Positions 1 to 9,766 of a stretch of DNA of 64,000 bases are shown piece by piece; the first letter of the stretch is position 1; every line of letters begins with the position of its first letter. A program made the position numbers and the translations under genes. Source of the stretch: a virus. The DNA lies in IMG/VR virus record IMGVR_UViG_3300047470_000343, positions 29,786-93,785 of that record; one strand, given 5' to 3'. Below the pieces are notes generated by a model. It saw only the letters and a list, made by a program, of their open reading frames with translations. It was not told the origin of the DNA and made no database searches.

Positions 1-339
1 GTCACGGTCGCGGCCGAGTCGGTGAAGCCGCGTCGAGTGGTGATCCGGGACGTGAGCGTGGACGAGTTCCCCGGCCTGGGTGACGACGAGAAGGAAGCTG
101 CGCTGTACGCGATCTACCGGCAGGCCCGGGATGAGAGCGCGTACGAGGACTGGGCAGATGACCCGCGCTTCAAGCAGGGTGGCGATCTGAACGGTTCCCA
201 GCTCGGTGTCCGGCTCGGGCGTACGCCCGCGGCGGGCCGTACCAACGTGAAGCCCAAGTTCGAGCGTTGGTACAAGGAGGAGTTGGAGAGGCGGCAGCAG
301 GAGGCCGGCGTCGAGGAGAAGGAGCTCGTGTCGGCCTGA
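1..339 (+). CDS. Hypothetical protein, 5'-truncated; C-terminal HTH-like segment
   Basis: Frame open from base 1; GC3-rich codons; LNGSQLGVRLGRT segment; followed by a terminator. Confidence 0.7.
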   Translation, partial: VTVAAESVKPRRVVIRDVSVDEFPGLGDDEKEAALYAIYRQARDESAYEDWADDPRFKQGGDLNGSQLGVRLGRTPAAGRTNVKPKFERWYKEELERRQQEAGVEEKELVSA

Positions 340-357
340 CTCTCTCAGTACCAAGTC

Positions 358-397
358 GCGGCGGGCGCCCGGGAGTCACCGGGCGCCCGCCGCTTTT
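358..397 (+). terminator. Intrinsic terminator
   Basis: 15-bp stem GCGGCGGGCGCCCGG / CCGGGCGCCCGCCGC, 6-nt loop, then TTTT. Confidence 0.85.
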
Positions 398-462
398 GTG
401 TGCCCACACCCCTCCCCCTCGTGACTGTCCACATGTAAACTGTAATCCAGCGCAATGGCGGG

Positions 463-490
463 GACGTAAGCCCAACCAGCCGCGCAACAT
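463..490 (+). promoter_or_regulatory. Conserved bipartite promoter-like motif upstream of the ERF gene
   Basis: GACGTAAGC-13nt-CAACAT. Confidence 0.6.
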
Positions 491-550
491 GCCCCGGCAC
501 GAGCGAGCCGGGGCGCCACGCTCCGCAGGACAACAGGAGGACGGTCGACC

Positions 551-2110
551 ATGACCGCAGGCACCGCCGAGAAGGCCCCCGACGAGACCGCCCCCGAGCC
601 CGCCGAACAGTGGCCCCCCACCCGGCATCTCACCGTCGACGAGGCCATGGTGGCTGTCATGCGCGAGATCGGCGGCGTCGGCAAGAATGGGTGGAACAAG
701 GCCCACGAGTACCACTTTCGCGCCCAAGAGGACATCGTGGCTGCCGTCCGCGTGCCGATGGCCAAGTACGGGCTGCGGATGCTTCCCCGCGTCATTGAGC
801 AGCAGCATTTTCTGCGCGGCCGGTCCAACGTCGCCATCCTGACGATGGAGTACGTCGTGCGCGGCCCGGGTGGCGACGTGATGGAGCCGTCCATCATCGT
901 CGTCGGCGAGGGCGCGGACGTCTCCGACAAGGCGTCGAACAAGGCGATGACGGCGGCCAAGAAGTACGCGCTCGTCCAGGCCTTCGAGATCGCCAGCGAG
1001 AACGTTGCCGACGGAGACCGCGAAAGCCCGGAAAGCCTGGCCACGCCGCTCGACCCGTACGTCGAGGAACTCATGAAGCGGAGCGTCTGGTGCGACCGCG
1101 GTGCGCTCGGTGTTCTCCGTCAGCGCGCCATGGAGAACGGGCACGCCCACCTGGTGATGCAGGACGGATCGGGTAGGACGCTGCTCCAGACCATCGAGGC
1201 CCGCGGCGACGAACTCCTCGCGCAGCAGCGGGACGCCGAGCAGAAGCAGCGCGCAGCAGGAGAAGCGGCCTCCGGCGATCAGCCGCGGGCCGATCAGCCG
1301 GAGTACCACCGGTCGTCGCCTGACGGCGATGTCTGGGACCGGCCGCCGGCCAACTCGCCGAAGCGCCCGCAGCCCGCGCCCGCGCCGGAGCAGAACCTGC
1401 CCGACCCGCAGGAGATCGAGGGGCGTCTCGCCGACGCCGTGAAGGACCCGGCGACCGCGGTGAAGGCGCTGAACGACATCCGCAAGCACTACACGCCCGC
1501 CGTACTCAAGATGGTCCAGGTCCCGACGCAATGGGGGCAGGTGGACGGGAACTCGGCGATCACGTTCGCGCTGAGGGAGGTCGCACAGCAGGGCGCTCGA
1601 CCGGCCCCGGCCGCCCGCCCCGCGGTCGAGGCGCCCCCGCGGGCCCCGGAGCCCGAGCCGGAGCCGGAGGAGGCGCCCCAGGCCCCCGAGCGGCCGGAGG
1701 CCGTGCAGCCGGAGCCGGAGGCCGCGGCGGCGGCCGAGAAGGAGCCGGAGAAGCCGACGTGGCCGCCAGTGCGGGAGTTTGCCCCGGCGCCTGACGGCCA
1801 GAGCAAGACGGAGCGGGCCCGCTGGCTGCTCGATCGGGAAGCCGAGTTCCAGGCGCAGGTGCTCGGGATGCTCACGCTGGAGTACGTCGCGGATCTCCTC
1901 CCGGCCGGAGCGACCGGCATCGAGGACATCCCCGGCAACGTGAAGCTCCAGAACCTCATTGTCGAGAACCGTCCGCGGGTGGTCGCCGCTCTGATCGGAG
2001 CGGGGATGAAGCGGCAGGCCGAGGAGTACGCCGCCTTGGGTGAGCGAGCACCGGCGCGGAACATCGAAGCCATCATCAGGAGCGCGCTCTCGTTGCAGTC
2101 GAGTCTCTGA
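551..2110 (+). CDS. ERF-family single-strand annealing protein with long Pro/Glu-rich C-terminal extension
   Basis: N-terminal VGKNGWN..HEYHFRAQEDIV..VR..MAKYGL and GEGAD.SDKASNKAMTAAKKYAL...F.I motifs; RBS AGGAGG. Confidence 0.8.
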   Translation: MTAGTAEKAPDETAPEPAEQWPPTRHLTVDEAMVAVMREIGGVGKNGWNKAHEYHFRAQEDIVAAVRVPMAKYGLRMLPRVIEQQHFLRGRSNVAILTMEYVVRGPGGDVMEPSIIVVGEGADVSDKASNKAMTAAKKYALVQAFEIASENVADGDRESPESLATPLDPYVEELMKRSVWCDRGALGVLRQRAMENGHAHLVMQDGSGRTLLQTIEARGDELLAQQRDAEQKQRAAGEAASGDQPRADQPEYHRSSPDGDVWDRPPANSPKRPQPAPAPEQNLPDPQEIEGRLADAVKDPATAVKALNDIRKHYTPAVLKMVQVPTQWGQVDGNSAITFALREVAQQGARPAPAARPAVEAPPRAPEPEPEPEEAPQAPERPEAVQPEPEAAAAAEKEPEKPTWPPVREFAPAPDGQSKTERARWLLDREAEFQAQVLGMLTLEYVADLLPAGATGIEDIPGNVKLQNLIVENRPRVVAALIGAGMKRQAEEYAALGERAPARNIEAIIRSALSLQSSL

Positions 2111-2123
2111 CGTGGCGTGACGT

Positions 2124-2158
2124 GTCCAGGGGTGCGGCCCTTCCGGCGGCCCCTGGAC
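2124..2158 (+). terminator. Hairpin after the ERF gene (possible terminator)
   Basis: GTCCAGGGG...CCCCTGGAC inverted repeat. Confidence 0.5.
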
Positions 2159-2181
2159 GCTTGATCCGCTCTTCGGCTTCG

Positions 2182-2809
2182 CGTCACGTCACGTCACGTC
2201 ATTGAGAGGGGGGTTCGCCCGGCGCACCCCTCCGGCAGGGTTCGCCCTCTCGGGGTTCGCCTTCGAGGGGTTCGCCCCCGGGGTTCGCCCCCGGGGTTCG
2301 CCTTGCAGGGTTCGCCTTGGGGTTCGCCTTCGAGGGGTTCGCCTTCAAGGGTTCGCCCTGGGGGTTCGCCTTGCGTGCGCCCCGGGGGTTCGCCTTCCCA
2401 GGGTTCGCCTTCCGGGGTGCGCCCCTGCTCTCTCGCGCCAGGGCGAAACCGTACGCCGCCGCCGGCCGCCGGGCTGTGCCCCCGGGGAACACCCCGCGCG
2501 CTCGCCCCGCACCCGCAGGCGCACCTCATTTGACCTGCGCAGACAAGGCGAACCCTCCGGCCCGCCGCGTCAAAGGTGAACCCGAACCCGAACCCTCGAA
2601 AGGCGAACCCGTTCGCCGAACCCTCCCGGGGCGCACCCCACGCCGAAGGCGAACCCGAACCCCGCCGCGAAAGGCGAACCCGTGCGCCTTTCGCGGGCGG
2701 GGGGTTCGCCCTGCCGGAAGGCGAACCCCCCGCCGAGGGTTCGCCTTCCGGCGCCCACACGAAAGGCGCACCCCCGAGGGGATGCGCCTTTGGAGTCGCA
2801 GGGTTCGCC
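2182..2809. repeat. Array of ~20 GGGTTCGCC / GGCGAACCC 9-mers, preceded by (CGTCA)x4
   Basis: 13 direct copies at 2211-2409 (mostly 12-15 bp period), inverted copies at 2547, 2602, 2648, 2673, 2720, and further direct copies at 2702, 2737, 2801. Confidence 0.95.
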
Positions 2810-3381
2810 TACTTCGAGCGTCTCGTCTTCCGGCGCTCGCGCGCTTCGGCCGCCGTCCGTTCCTTGTCCGCGGCCCGCTCCTCCGCGAGGAGTTCGAGGA
2901 ACCGCTCGGGGTACTCGTCGGCGAGCCGGCGCCGGGCCCGGCTGCGCGGAGACGGGTCCGGCAGGAAGTAGCCGTTGCGGGCGGCCTCACCGGCGAGGAC
3001 CGCGTGAAGGAACTGGTCTTCCTTCTCCGCCCGGGACCGCACGGTCCCGATCCTCTTGAGGTACGCGCCGCGGCTCTCCCCCTCGGGGATGCCCAGATAC
3101 TTGTCGGGCTCTCGCACGATGCCCGGGATCGCCCGGCGGGCTTTGCGCGCCAACTGCGGCGAGCGGATCGCGCGCGCCTGGAGCTCGTAGTCCTCGCCGC
3201 GCGAGGCGTCGGGCCTCGCCCCGGCCTGAATGAACACCGCGACGGCCTCGGCGAACTCCTCGCCGCTCATCGACCGGTACAGCTCGATCTGCTCGGCAAC
3301 AGCAGCGGGATCCGGCTCTGGCCGCCGGGGGCGCTCTCGCCCCTCGCTCGCAGGACCGGAGATCTGTTGCGATGCCGCCAT
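2809..3381 (-). CDS. Hypothetical basic protein
   Basis: GC3-rich ORF; GGAGG upstream of ATG 3381 (alternative GTG 3405). Confidence 0.7.
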   Translation of the reverse strand: MAASQQISGPASEGRERPRRPEPDPAAVAEQIELYRSMSGEEFAEAVAVFIQAGARPDASRGEDYELQARAIRSPQLARKARRAIPGIVREPDKYLGIPEGESRGAYLKRIGTVRSRAEKEDQFLHAVLAGEAARNGYFLPDPSPRSRARRRLADEYPERFLELLAEERAADKERTAAEARERRKTRRSK

Positions 3382-3663
3382 ACGGGCTGGCCCTCCTGGA
3401 GTCACTCACGGCCGGCCGCGCCGACGGGGCTTGTACAGGACGAGGTGACCGCGCCTCCCGTGTGCCGGATCGTCCCGGGAGCGACCAGTCCCCGGCCCCT
3501 GGGCCCTCGCGGGCGCAGTGGGCTCGACGCTCTTTCCCGCAGCCGCTCCCGGGACCACCAGGGGGCCCGGAGCTGCGGAACGCTGTCTTCGACGGTTAGG
3601 CGGCGGCCACCTCTTCCAGCGGATGATACCCGCGCGTACAGTGACCGCCGCACGGGTGAGTCA

Positions 3664-3981
3664 CTATCCGGACGTATCCGACGCCGAGGAAGTCATGGCC
3701 TCCACGATGGGTGCGATCATGCTCGGCTTCCACACCAGGTCGTACGTGGTCTGCGAAGCCGCGAGGACGGCCAGGACCGTACCGACGGCCGGGATGTGCT
3801 TGAACTGATCCAGGCCGCCCGTCGCCGCGAGGGTCGCGAGGCTGCCCAGCAGCGACGCGAGGACAGCCACGGTCCGCTTGGTGTTCGCGGACCACTTCGG
3901 CTTCTGGATGATGGCGGTCAGGGGCGGGAGGAGCGCGCCTACCGCGGACCCGGTGACGATGGAATCGAGAGTGCTGCTCAT
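3664..3981 (-). CDS. Putative holin
   Basis: ~105 aa with three hydrophobic segments (LLPPLTAIIQKPKW...), located downstream of the tail genes. Confidence 0.7.
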   Translation of the reverse strand: MSSTLDSIVTGSAVGALLPPLTAIIQKPKWSANTKRTVAVLASLLGSLATLAATGGLDQFKHIPAVGTVLAVLAASQTTYDLVWKPSMIAPIVEAMTSSASDTSG

Positions 3982-4019
3982 GAGGCCTTCCCTTGGCTGG
4001 ATGGAGTGAGGCACCCCGG

Positions 4020-4047
4020 ACCATGCCCGCAGGCCGGCGCTTGCGTC
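4020..4047 (-). promoter_or_regulatory. Conserved promoter-like motif
   Basis: GACGCAAGC-13nt-CATGGT. Confidence 0.7.
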
Positions 4048-4057
4048 CCGGGCCGCG

Positions 4058-4459
4058 TCAGTCGTCCGCCAGGTCCCCAGCGATCTCCGCGGGCGGCTCC
4101 GGCGCCGGAGCGTCGGTCAGGTTCGCGATCATCCGGCGAAGGCGGTGGATGTGCTCGACCGCGGCCGCCTTCCAGCGACGCCACTGCCGCTGTTCCTCCT
4201 CCAGGCGCTCGACGCGGGACTCCAGCGTCGTCACCCGCTCCAGCGTCGCCGCGTTCGTCTCACGCTGCTGCTCCAGGAGCTGGGTGAACCCGTTCGTCAC
4301 CGTCTGCACCGCGTTCACGTAGGTGCTGGCCTCGGCCGTGTGTGCGTCCGTGTCGGTCTTGTGCCTGTTCTGGCGGTACACCAGCCAAGCGCCGCCCAGC
4401 ACGCCGAGCATGCCGAACACGGGCGTCAGGATGGGCGCCAGGGGGATAAGCCAGGCCAT
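4058..4459 (-). CDS. Lysis-region membrane protein (N-terminal TM + coiled coil)
   Basis: TM segment FGMLGVLGGAWLVY, then heptad LERVTTLESRVERLEE. Confidence 0.8.
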   Translation of the reverse strand: MAWLIPLAPILTPVFGMLGVLGGAWLVYRQNRHKTDTDAHTAEASTYVNAVQTVTNGFTQLLEQQRETNAATLERVTTLESRVERLEEEQRQWRRWKAAAVEHIHRLRRMIANLTDAPAPEPPAEIAGDLADD

Positions 4460-4533
4460 GGCGCCTCCTCGGTCGATGGTCGGTCAGGGTGCGCGGGGGC
4501 CGGGGCCGAAGCCCGCGGCCCCCCGCAGCCTGC

Positions 4534-4561
4534 ACGCTGCACGACCGCGCCCGTTTACGTC
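4534..4561 (-). promoter_or_regulatory. Conserved promoter-like motif
   Basis: GACGTAAAC-13nt-CAGCGT. Confidence 0.7.
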
Positions 4562-4572
4562 CCGGGCGGCCG

Positions 4573-4788
4573 TCAGGGCGTCAGCGTCTCGGCCGGCACG
4601 ATGTCCGCGACGAGGACTCCGCACTGCCCGCAGACCGCACGCCAGATCGGCTCAGTGGCGTTGGGGTACATCGGCACGAGGTACGTGACCCCGTTCTCCT
4701 GACAGTCCTCCTTGATGTTCTTCTCCTCGTCGGCCACGGTGCGGCAAGTGACCGCCATACGCACCGATGTGGGCTCCTCGTCGGCCAT
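4573..4788 (-). CDS. Small Cys-rich protein following the tail fibre
   Basis: VTCRT...CQENG...VCGQCG; RBS GGAGG. Confidence 0.75.
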   Translation of the reverse strand: MADEEPTSVRMAVTCRTVADEEKNIKEDCQENGVTYLVPMYPNATEPIWRAVCGQCGVLVADIVPAETLTP

Positions 4789-4843
4789 TGGCCCTCCGTC
4801 TCTCGTCTCCGGGCCGCCGGGGAGAAGTCCCCGGGGCGGCTGG

Positions 4844-4871
4844 AGAGTGGAGGGACGGAGGGCCTAGCGTC
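4844..4871 (-). promoter_or_regulatory. Conserved promoter-like motif
   Basis: GACGCTAGG-13nt-CACTCT. Confidence 0.7.
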
Positions 4872-4881
4872 CCGGGGCCGG

Positions 4882-7800
4882 TCAGCTCGCCATACCGATG
4901 TAGTCGATGCTGGTCGCTGTGGTGTTCGTGCGGGTCAGCCAGATCGTCACCGAGGACGTGCTGACGTCCGAGCAGCCGACTCCGAGAACTGAGGTACCTG
5001 GCACCTGCGTTGACGCGGTGGCCACGAACCGCGGGCTGCTGCCGTTGATGTTCAGGCCAGTGACCGTCAACGAGGTCGGGACGTTGGCCGCAGACGGCGT
5101 GATGCTCACCCGGCCGGTCACGATGCTGCTCGCGTGGAAGGTGCCGACGACGTAGGTGTCGGGAGCGGTGATGGTGGCCTGGATCTTGGTCATCGAAATG
5201 CGGGGCGTGTCCGGGACGATTGCCCCGAAGGGGGTCACTATGCGTGCCCGTTCGGTGACCCATGTGTCCTTGCCCATGTACGTGCGCCACCGGTACGTGT
5301 TGCTATCCGCCGTGTCGACGAAATCGCCGCTGTATGTGTAGAGGCTTGCGGCGTCACCGCTGCCGTTCACCTGCAAGTACGCCTCGTTCGTCCCGTCGTC
5401 GGACGTGAGGTAGATACGGGGCGACGGAGTCGATGCGAACAGCGGGAGGTAGTCCGGCTGAATGACGATCTTCTGCGTGGCTGTTGCGCCGCCGTACGCG
5501 GAGAACTTTGAGGCGTCGAGGACGATGCGAGACCCGGTGGCAGCGGTCTGCACGATGGCGCCGGTGATCGTCTTGCCGTTGATCGCGGCCGCGTCCAGCT
5601 TGTTCGCCGTGATCGCGCCGTCCGCGATCAGGACATCGGACATGACGGGCTGGATCGAGGCGTTGTCGAAGGAGACCGTTCCAGCGGTCGCATCGTAGGA
5701 CGCGAGGCGGAACTCCGCGGTGACCGTGCCCACCGGCGCGGTGACCGTGCCCGCGAGGTTCGTCCACGAGCCCTTCGTGGGGGTCGTGTTCGTGACGAAC
5801 CCGAACGTCACACCGCCCGCCGAGTCGATCCACCGGGCGTAGAAGCGGACCGACGTCCCGTTCCAGTCCGTCGACGGGTTCACATCGGTCGCGATCCTGA
5901 ACGCCTGCCCCGGCAGGACAGGGAACGTCGCCACGGTCAGAGTGCGGATGACCGCGGTCGCGTTGACCGCGTTGACCTGGGCGCTCTTCAAGGAACCGTT
6001 GCCGGTGTTGGCGATCGACCAGAACGACTGTCCGGCGACCAGAGCCGCGCCGCCCGCGCCCTCGAAACTGGGGTCCGGCAGCATGTTCGAGCCGCCGGTG
6101 ATCGCGAGCCGGTCCGCGGTGATCGCCCCGGCCTTGATGTGCGTGGCGTCGATGGAGCCCGCCGAGATGGCCGTAGCCGTCACAGCTCCAGCCGAGATGG
6201 CCGTCGCTGTCACCGAGTTCGCCGCGAGCTGCGCGGCCGTCACCGACAGCGCGCCGAGCTGCGCCGTCGTGATCGAGCTGCCGACGATCCGGTCCGCGTT
6301 CAGGGTGCCGGCCGTGATGCGGTCGCCCTGGATCGAGCCCGCGACCATCTTCGGCGTCGTGATGGCGCCGTCCTGGATGTTCACGGTCTGCACGGCCCCG
6401 GTCTCGACGACCTCGATCGTGAACATCCCGATCTCGGCGGTGCCGTCGCCGCCGGTGTAGTTCGCATAGAACAGGGGCGAGATGTAGCGGGCGTTCGCGT
6501 GGAGCACGCTCGGCGCCGTCGGCGTGGGAGAGGCGACCTGGGTGCCGTTCACACCGGCGCCCGCGTAGCCCTTGAGGTAGCCGGTGAAGCGCTGCCAGCC
6601 GCCACCGGCCGTCAGGTTCTGCGCGGCCACGGCCACGTAGTGCTGGGAGGCGACGCTCGCAGCCCCGCTGACGTTGACGAGCGTCGTACCGTCGGCGGCG
6701 ACGCCCACAACGCCCGCATAGCAACGCTGGTTGGCGGTGTTACTGGACGCCACGGTCTGCCGGATGGTGAAGCTGATCCGGTACAGGACGTTCGGGTCGA
6801 AGGGGATCAGGATGTCGGGGCGCCAGCCGCCGCTGAAGCCCGCGACCGCGCGCATCACGTAGCCGCCGGACTGCGCGTCGGACACCTGGACCGACGTCAG
6901 GTTCCCTGGGGCCGTCGCGGTGGTGGTGCTGGTGCCGTTGACCTTCCACCGGGCAGCGTCCGCACCGGCGTCGTACATCTTCTGCACGATCGACGCGGCC
7001 GTGGTGACGCTGAGTTGGCTCGTCGTGATGGACCCGGCCACGATGCGGTCCGCGGCCACACTGCCGGCCGCCAGACGGTCTCCTTGGATGGTGCCCGCCG
7101 TCATGGCGGCCGTCGTGACCGCTCCGGCCGAGATCGACCCTGCCGTGACCGAGTTCGCCGCCATGGCCGTTGCCGTGACCGCGTTCGCGGAGATCTCTGT
7201 TGCGGTGACGGAGTTCGCGGCGAGCTCGCGCGCCGTGATGGCGTCTGCCGCGATCTTTCCCGCCGCCACGGCGTCTGTCGCCAGGGCTGCGGTCTGGATG
7301 GATCCTGCGGCGATCGAGGCCGCCGTGACTGAGTTCGCCGCGAGCTGCCCGGCTGTGATGGTGTTCGCTGCTATGTGCGAAGCCGTGATGACACCGGCCG
7401 CTATCTCGGCTGCGGTGACGGAGTTCGCCGCGAGTTCCCGCGCCGTGATGGCGTCGGCGGCCACCTTCCCGGCCGTCACGGCGTCTGTCGCCAGGGCCGC
7501 CGTGGTCACCGACCCGGCGAACAGTGCGGTTGCCGTGACTGCGCCCGCGGAGATCTCGGTCGCGGTGACCGAGTTCGCCGCAAGTTCCCGCGCCGTGATG
7601 GCGTCCGCGGCCACTTTCCCGGCCGCCACGGCGTCCGCCGCCAGGGCCGCCGTCTGCACGCTCCCGGCGGCAAGCTGAGTTGCCGTGACGGAGTTCGCCG
7701 CCAGTTGCCCGGCCGTGATGGTGCCAGCCGCAATGGCTGCCGCAGTGACCGACCCTGCGGACAGCTCTGCTGCCGTGACGGAGTTCGCCGCCAGTTCCCG

Positions 7801-9729
7801 CGCCGTGATGGCGTCCGCCGCGATCTTCCCAGCGATCACCGCGTCCGCCGCGATGGCCGGGGCAGTGACCGCGCCCGACGCCAGGTTGATCGTGTCGACG
7901 ACGCCGGTTTTCAAGGCCTCGATCGCGACGTAGTCCACTTGCATCGTCGAGGCCGCGGCCGACTGCTGGTTGTAGTTGAGCCAGACGTACGGACTGATGA
8001 ACCGCACACCCGCGTTCACCAGGCCCGGGGAGCGCGGGTCGTTGTTCGGACCGGCGGACCCAGCGACACCGGTACCGGCCCGGCCCTTCAAGAACCCGAT
8101 GACGGTGACCCAGCCGTCCGAGTTGGCGACGGCCTTCCCTCCCGCGGCCGCGTAGTAGTGCGAGTTCATCGAGTTGACGCCGTCGCGGTTGACCAGCGTG
8201 GTGCCGTCCGCGCCGATGCCGAGGACGCCGACATACACCGCGTCGGATGTGCCGGCCTGCGGCATCCGGACCCGAGCGGACACGCGATACAGGACGTCGG
8301 GGTCGTACGCGATCTGGGTGTTGCCCCGCAGACGCGCGAACCCGGTGGCCTGGCCGACGGTCTGGCCGGTGTAGGCGTCGGTGACACCGGTCAGGAAGCT
8401 GAAAGAGCCTCCGGGGCCGAGAGCGGCCACCGTCCACGTGGACGAGTCGCCCAGCGTGTCGACCCACCGCTGGGTGGCGGTGTCGGCAAGGGAGCTGGAC
8501 AGGGTGGCCAGCGTGACGGCCTGCGCGGCGAGCTTGCCCGTCGTGACCGCGGCTGCGCCGATCTTCTGCGCCGTCACGGCGAGGTCTGCGAGCTTTGCCG
8601 AGTCGATCGCGGCGGCCGCGACCTTCGCCGCGGTGACAGCCGAGTCCGCGAGCGCAAGCTCGGTGACCGCGCCGTTGGCGAGCTTCGCCTGAGTGACGGC
8701 GTTCGCGCCCAACTTGGCGGCGAGGACCGCGCCGTCGGCGAGCCGGGTCGAGTCGATCGCGCCCGTGGCCACCTTGGCGGTGGTGACCGCGGCGTCGCCG
8801 ATCTTCTGCGCGGTGACCGCGAGGTCGGCGAGCCGGGTCGAGTCGATGGCGGCCGCCGCGACCTTCGCCGCGGTGACCGCCGAGTCCGCGAGCGCGAGCT
8901 CCGTCACCGCGCCGGCGGCCAGCTTGGACTGAGTCACCGCGTTCGCGGCCAGCTTCGCGTTGAGGACCGCACCGTCCGCGAGCGCCCAGGACTCCACCGC
9001 GCCCGCGGCGAGCTTCGCCGCAGTGACCGCATCGTCCGCCAGGAGTAGATCGGTGATGGCCCCCAGCGCCACCTTTTCGCTGGTGACAGCGGCCGCGGCG
9101 AGCTTCGCCGCGGTGACAGCTTCCGCGGCCAACTTGACGTCGGTGACAATCCCGTCGATCAAGTCCTGTGACACGGCCTGCCGCGGCGTGCCCTGCACCG
9201 CCACGGACGCATCACCGGTCAGCAGCGCCGTGTTCTGCGCGACCAGGCGCACCCACACCGGGGCGTAGCCCTCGACATGGACGGTGGCCGTGCCGCCGAG
9301 CAGCGCCGTGATCGTCGCTATCTGCGTGGTCAGGGACGGGGTGAAGTCCTCGGCCGGACCGACGTGGACCTGCACGAGGGAGAAGTCGGCGGGGGCCGCG
9401 TCGGCATCCGCCCACTGGCCGTCCCAGTCGATGACCAGACCGGCCAGCGCTTCCGTGACGGTCGGGGCAGAGGGTGTGGGCGGCGGCTCGGTGTTGACCG
9501 GGTCGGGGACCAGGGCGACGGTGCCGTCGGACTGCACGCCGACGGAGCCCTTGAGCGTCCCCTCCTCGTCGTAGATGTCGAGGCTGCCACCCTCGATCGA
9601 GGCGTAGTTGAGCTGGTTGGGGCGCTCCAGCGCCGACAGTCGGTCTTCGAGCGCCTTGAAGTACCCGGCGAACTGCTTCGCCTTCTCGCGCTCGTCCAAG
9701 CGGAAGGAGGACACCGCCACTCCCTCCAC
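4882..9729 (-). CDS. Tail fibre / host-specificity protein with 10-aa repeats and carbohydrate-binding-like domains
   Basis: Dozens of AVTAAKLAAG-type decapeptides, two homologous ~170-aa inserts, NMLPDPSFE CBM-like start; start may be GTG 9714. Confidence 0.85.
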   Translation of the reverse strand: MEGVAVSSFRLDEREKAKQFAGYFKALEDRLSALERPNQLNYASIEGGSLDIYDEEGTLKGSVGVQSDGTVALVPDPVNTEPPPTPSAPTVTEALAGLVIDWDGQWADADAAPADFSLVQVHVGPAEDFTPSLTTQIATITALLGGTATVHVEGYAPVWVRLVAQNTALLTGDASVAVQGTPRQAVSQDLIDGIVTDVKLAAEAVTAAKLAAAAVTSEKVALGAITDLLLADDAVTAAKLAAGAVESWALADGAVLNAKLAANAVTQSKLAAGAVTELALADSAVTAAKVAAAAIDSTRLADLAVTAQKIGDAAVTTAKVATGAIDSTRLADGAVLAAKLGANAVTQAKLANGAVTELALADSAVTAAKVAAAAIDSAKLADLAVTAQKIGAAAVTTGKLAAQAVTLATLSSSLADTATQRWVDTLGDSSTWTVAALGPGGSFSFLTGVTDAYTGQTVGQATGFARLRGNTQIAYDPDVLYRVSARVRMPQAGTSDAVYVGVLGIGADGTTLVNRDGVNSMNSHYYAAAGGKAVANSDGWVTVIGFLKGRAGTGVAGSAGPNNDPRSPGLVNAGVRFISPYVWLNYNQQSAAASTMQVDYVAIEALKTGVVDTINLASGAVTAPAIAADAVIAGKIAADAITARELAANSVTAAELSAGSVTAAAIAAGTITAGQLAANSVTATQLAAGSVQTAALAADAVAAGKVAADAITARELAANSVTATEISAGAVTATALFAGSVTTAALATDAVTAGKVAADAITARELAANSVTAAEIAAGVITASHIAANTITAGQLAANSVTAASIAAGSIQTAALATDAVAAGKIAADAITARELAANSVTATEISANAVTATAMAANSVTAGSISAGAVTTAAMTAGTIQGDRLAAGSVAADRIVAGSITTSQLSVTTAASIVQKMYDAGADAARWKVNGTSTTTATAPGNLTSVQVSDAQSGGYVMRAVAGFSGGWRPDILIPFDPNVLYRISFTIRQTVASSNTANQRCYAGVVGVAADGTTLVNVSGAASVASQHYVAVAAQNLTAGGGWQRFTGYLKGYAGAGVNGTQVASPTPTAPSVLHANARYISPLFYANYTGGDGTAEIGMFTIEVVETGAVQTVNIQDGAITTPKMVAGSIQGDRITAGTLNADRIVGSSITTAQLGALSVTAAQLAANSVTATAISAGAVTATAISAGSIDATHIKAGAITADRLAITGGSNMLPDPSFEGAGGAALVAGQSFWSIANTGNGSLKSAQVNAVNATAVIRTLTVATFPVLPGQAFRIATDVNPSTDWNGTSVRFYARWIDSAGGVTFGFVTNTTPTKGSWTNLAGTVTAPVGTVTAEFRLASYDATAGTVSFDNASIQPVMSDVLIADGAITANKLDAAAINGKTITGAIVQTAATGSRIVLDASKFSAYGGATATQKIVIQPDYLPLFASTPSPRIYLTSDDGTNEAYLQVNGSGDAASLYTYSGDFVDTADSNTYRWRTYMGKDTWVTERARIVTPFGAIVPDTPRISMTKIQATITAPDTYVVGTFHASSIVTGRVSITPSAANVPTSLTVTGLNINGSSPRFVATASTQVPGTSVLGVGCSDVSTSSVTIWLTRTNTTATSIDYIGMAS

Positions 9730-9766
9730 TGCTCCGCGGCCGCCGGGATGTCCGGGGCAGAGCGGG

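Noticed and set aside
2211-2809. Repeat array as a CRISPR array or as coding sequence (ORFs 2317-4287, 2202-2579)
   Set aside because: The repeat is 9-11 bp with very short spacers and mixed orientation, and no cas genes are present; the ORFs simply translate the repeats (GFA/GSP/ANP).
3473-3554. Inverted repeat TCCCGGGAGCG / CGCTCCCGGGA in the 3406-3663 gap as an ncRNA
   Set aside because: A single GC-rich stem with no recognisable RNA family features; insufficient support.
4882-9729. Tail-fibre repeats as a diversity-generating retroelement or invertible cassette
   Set aside because: No reverse transcriptase, template/variable repeat pair or invertase in the window.
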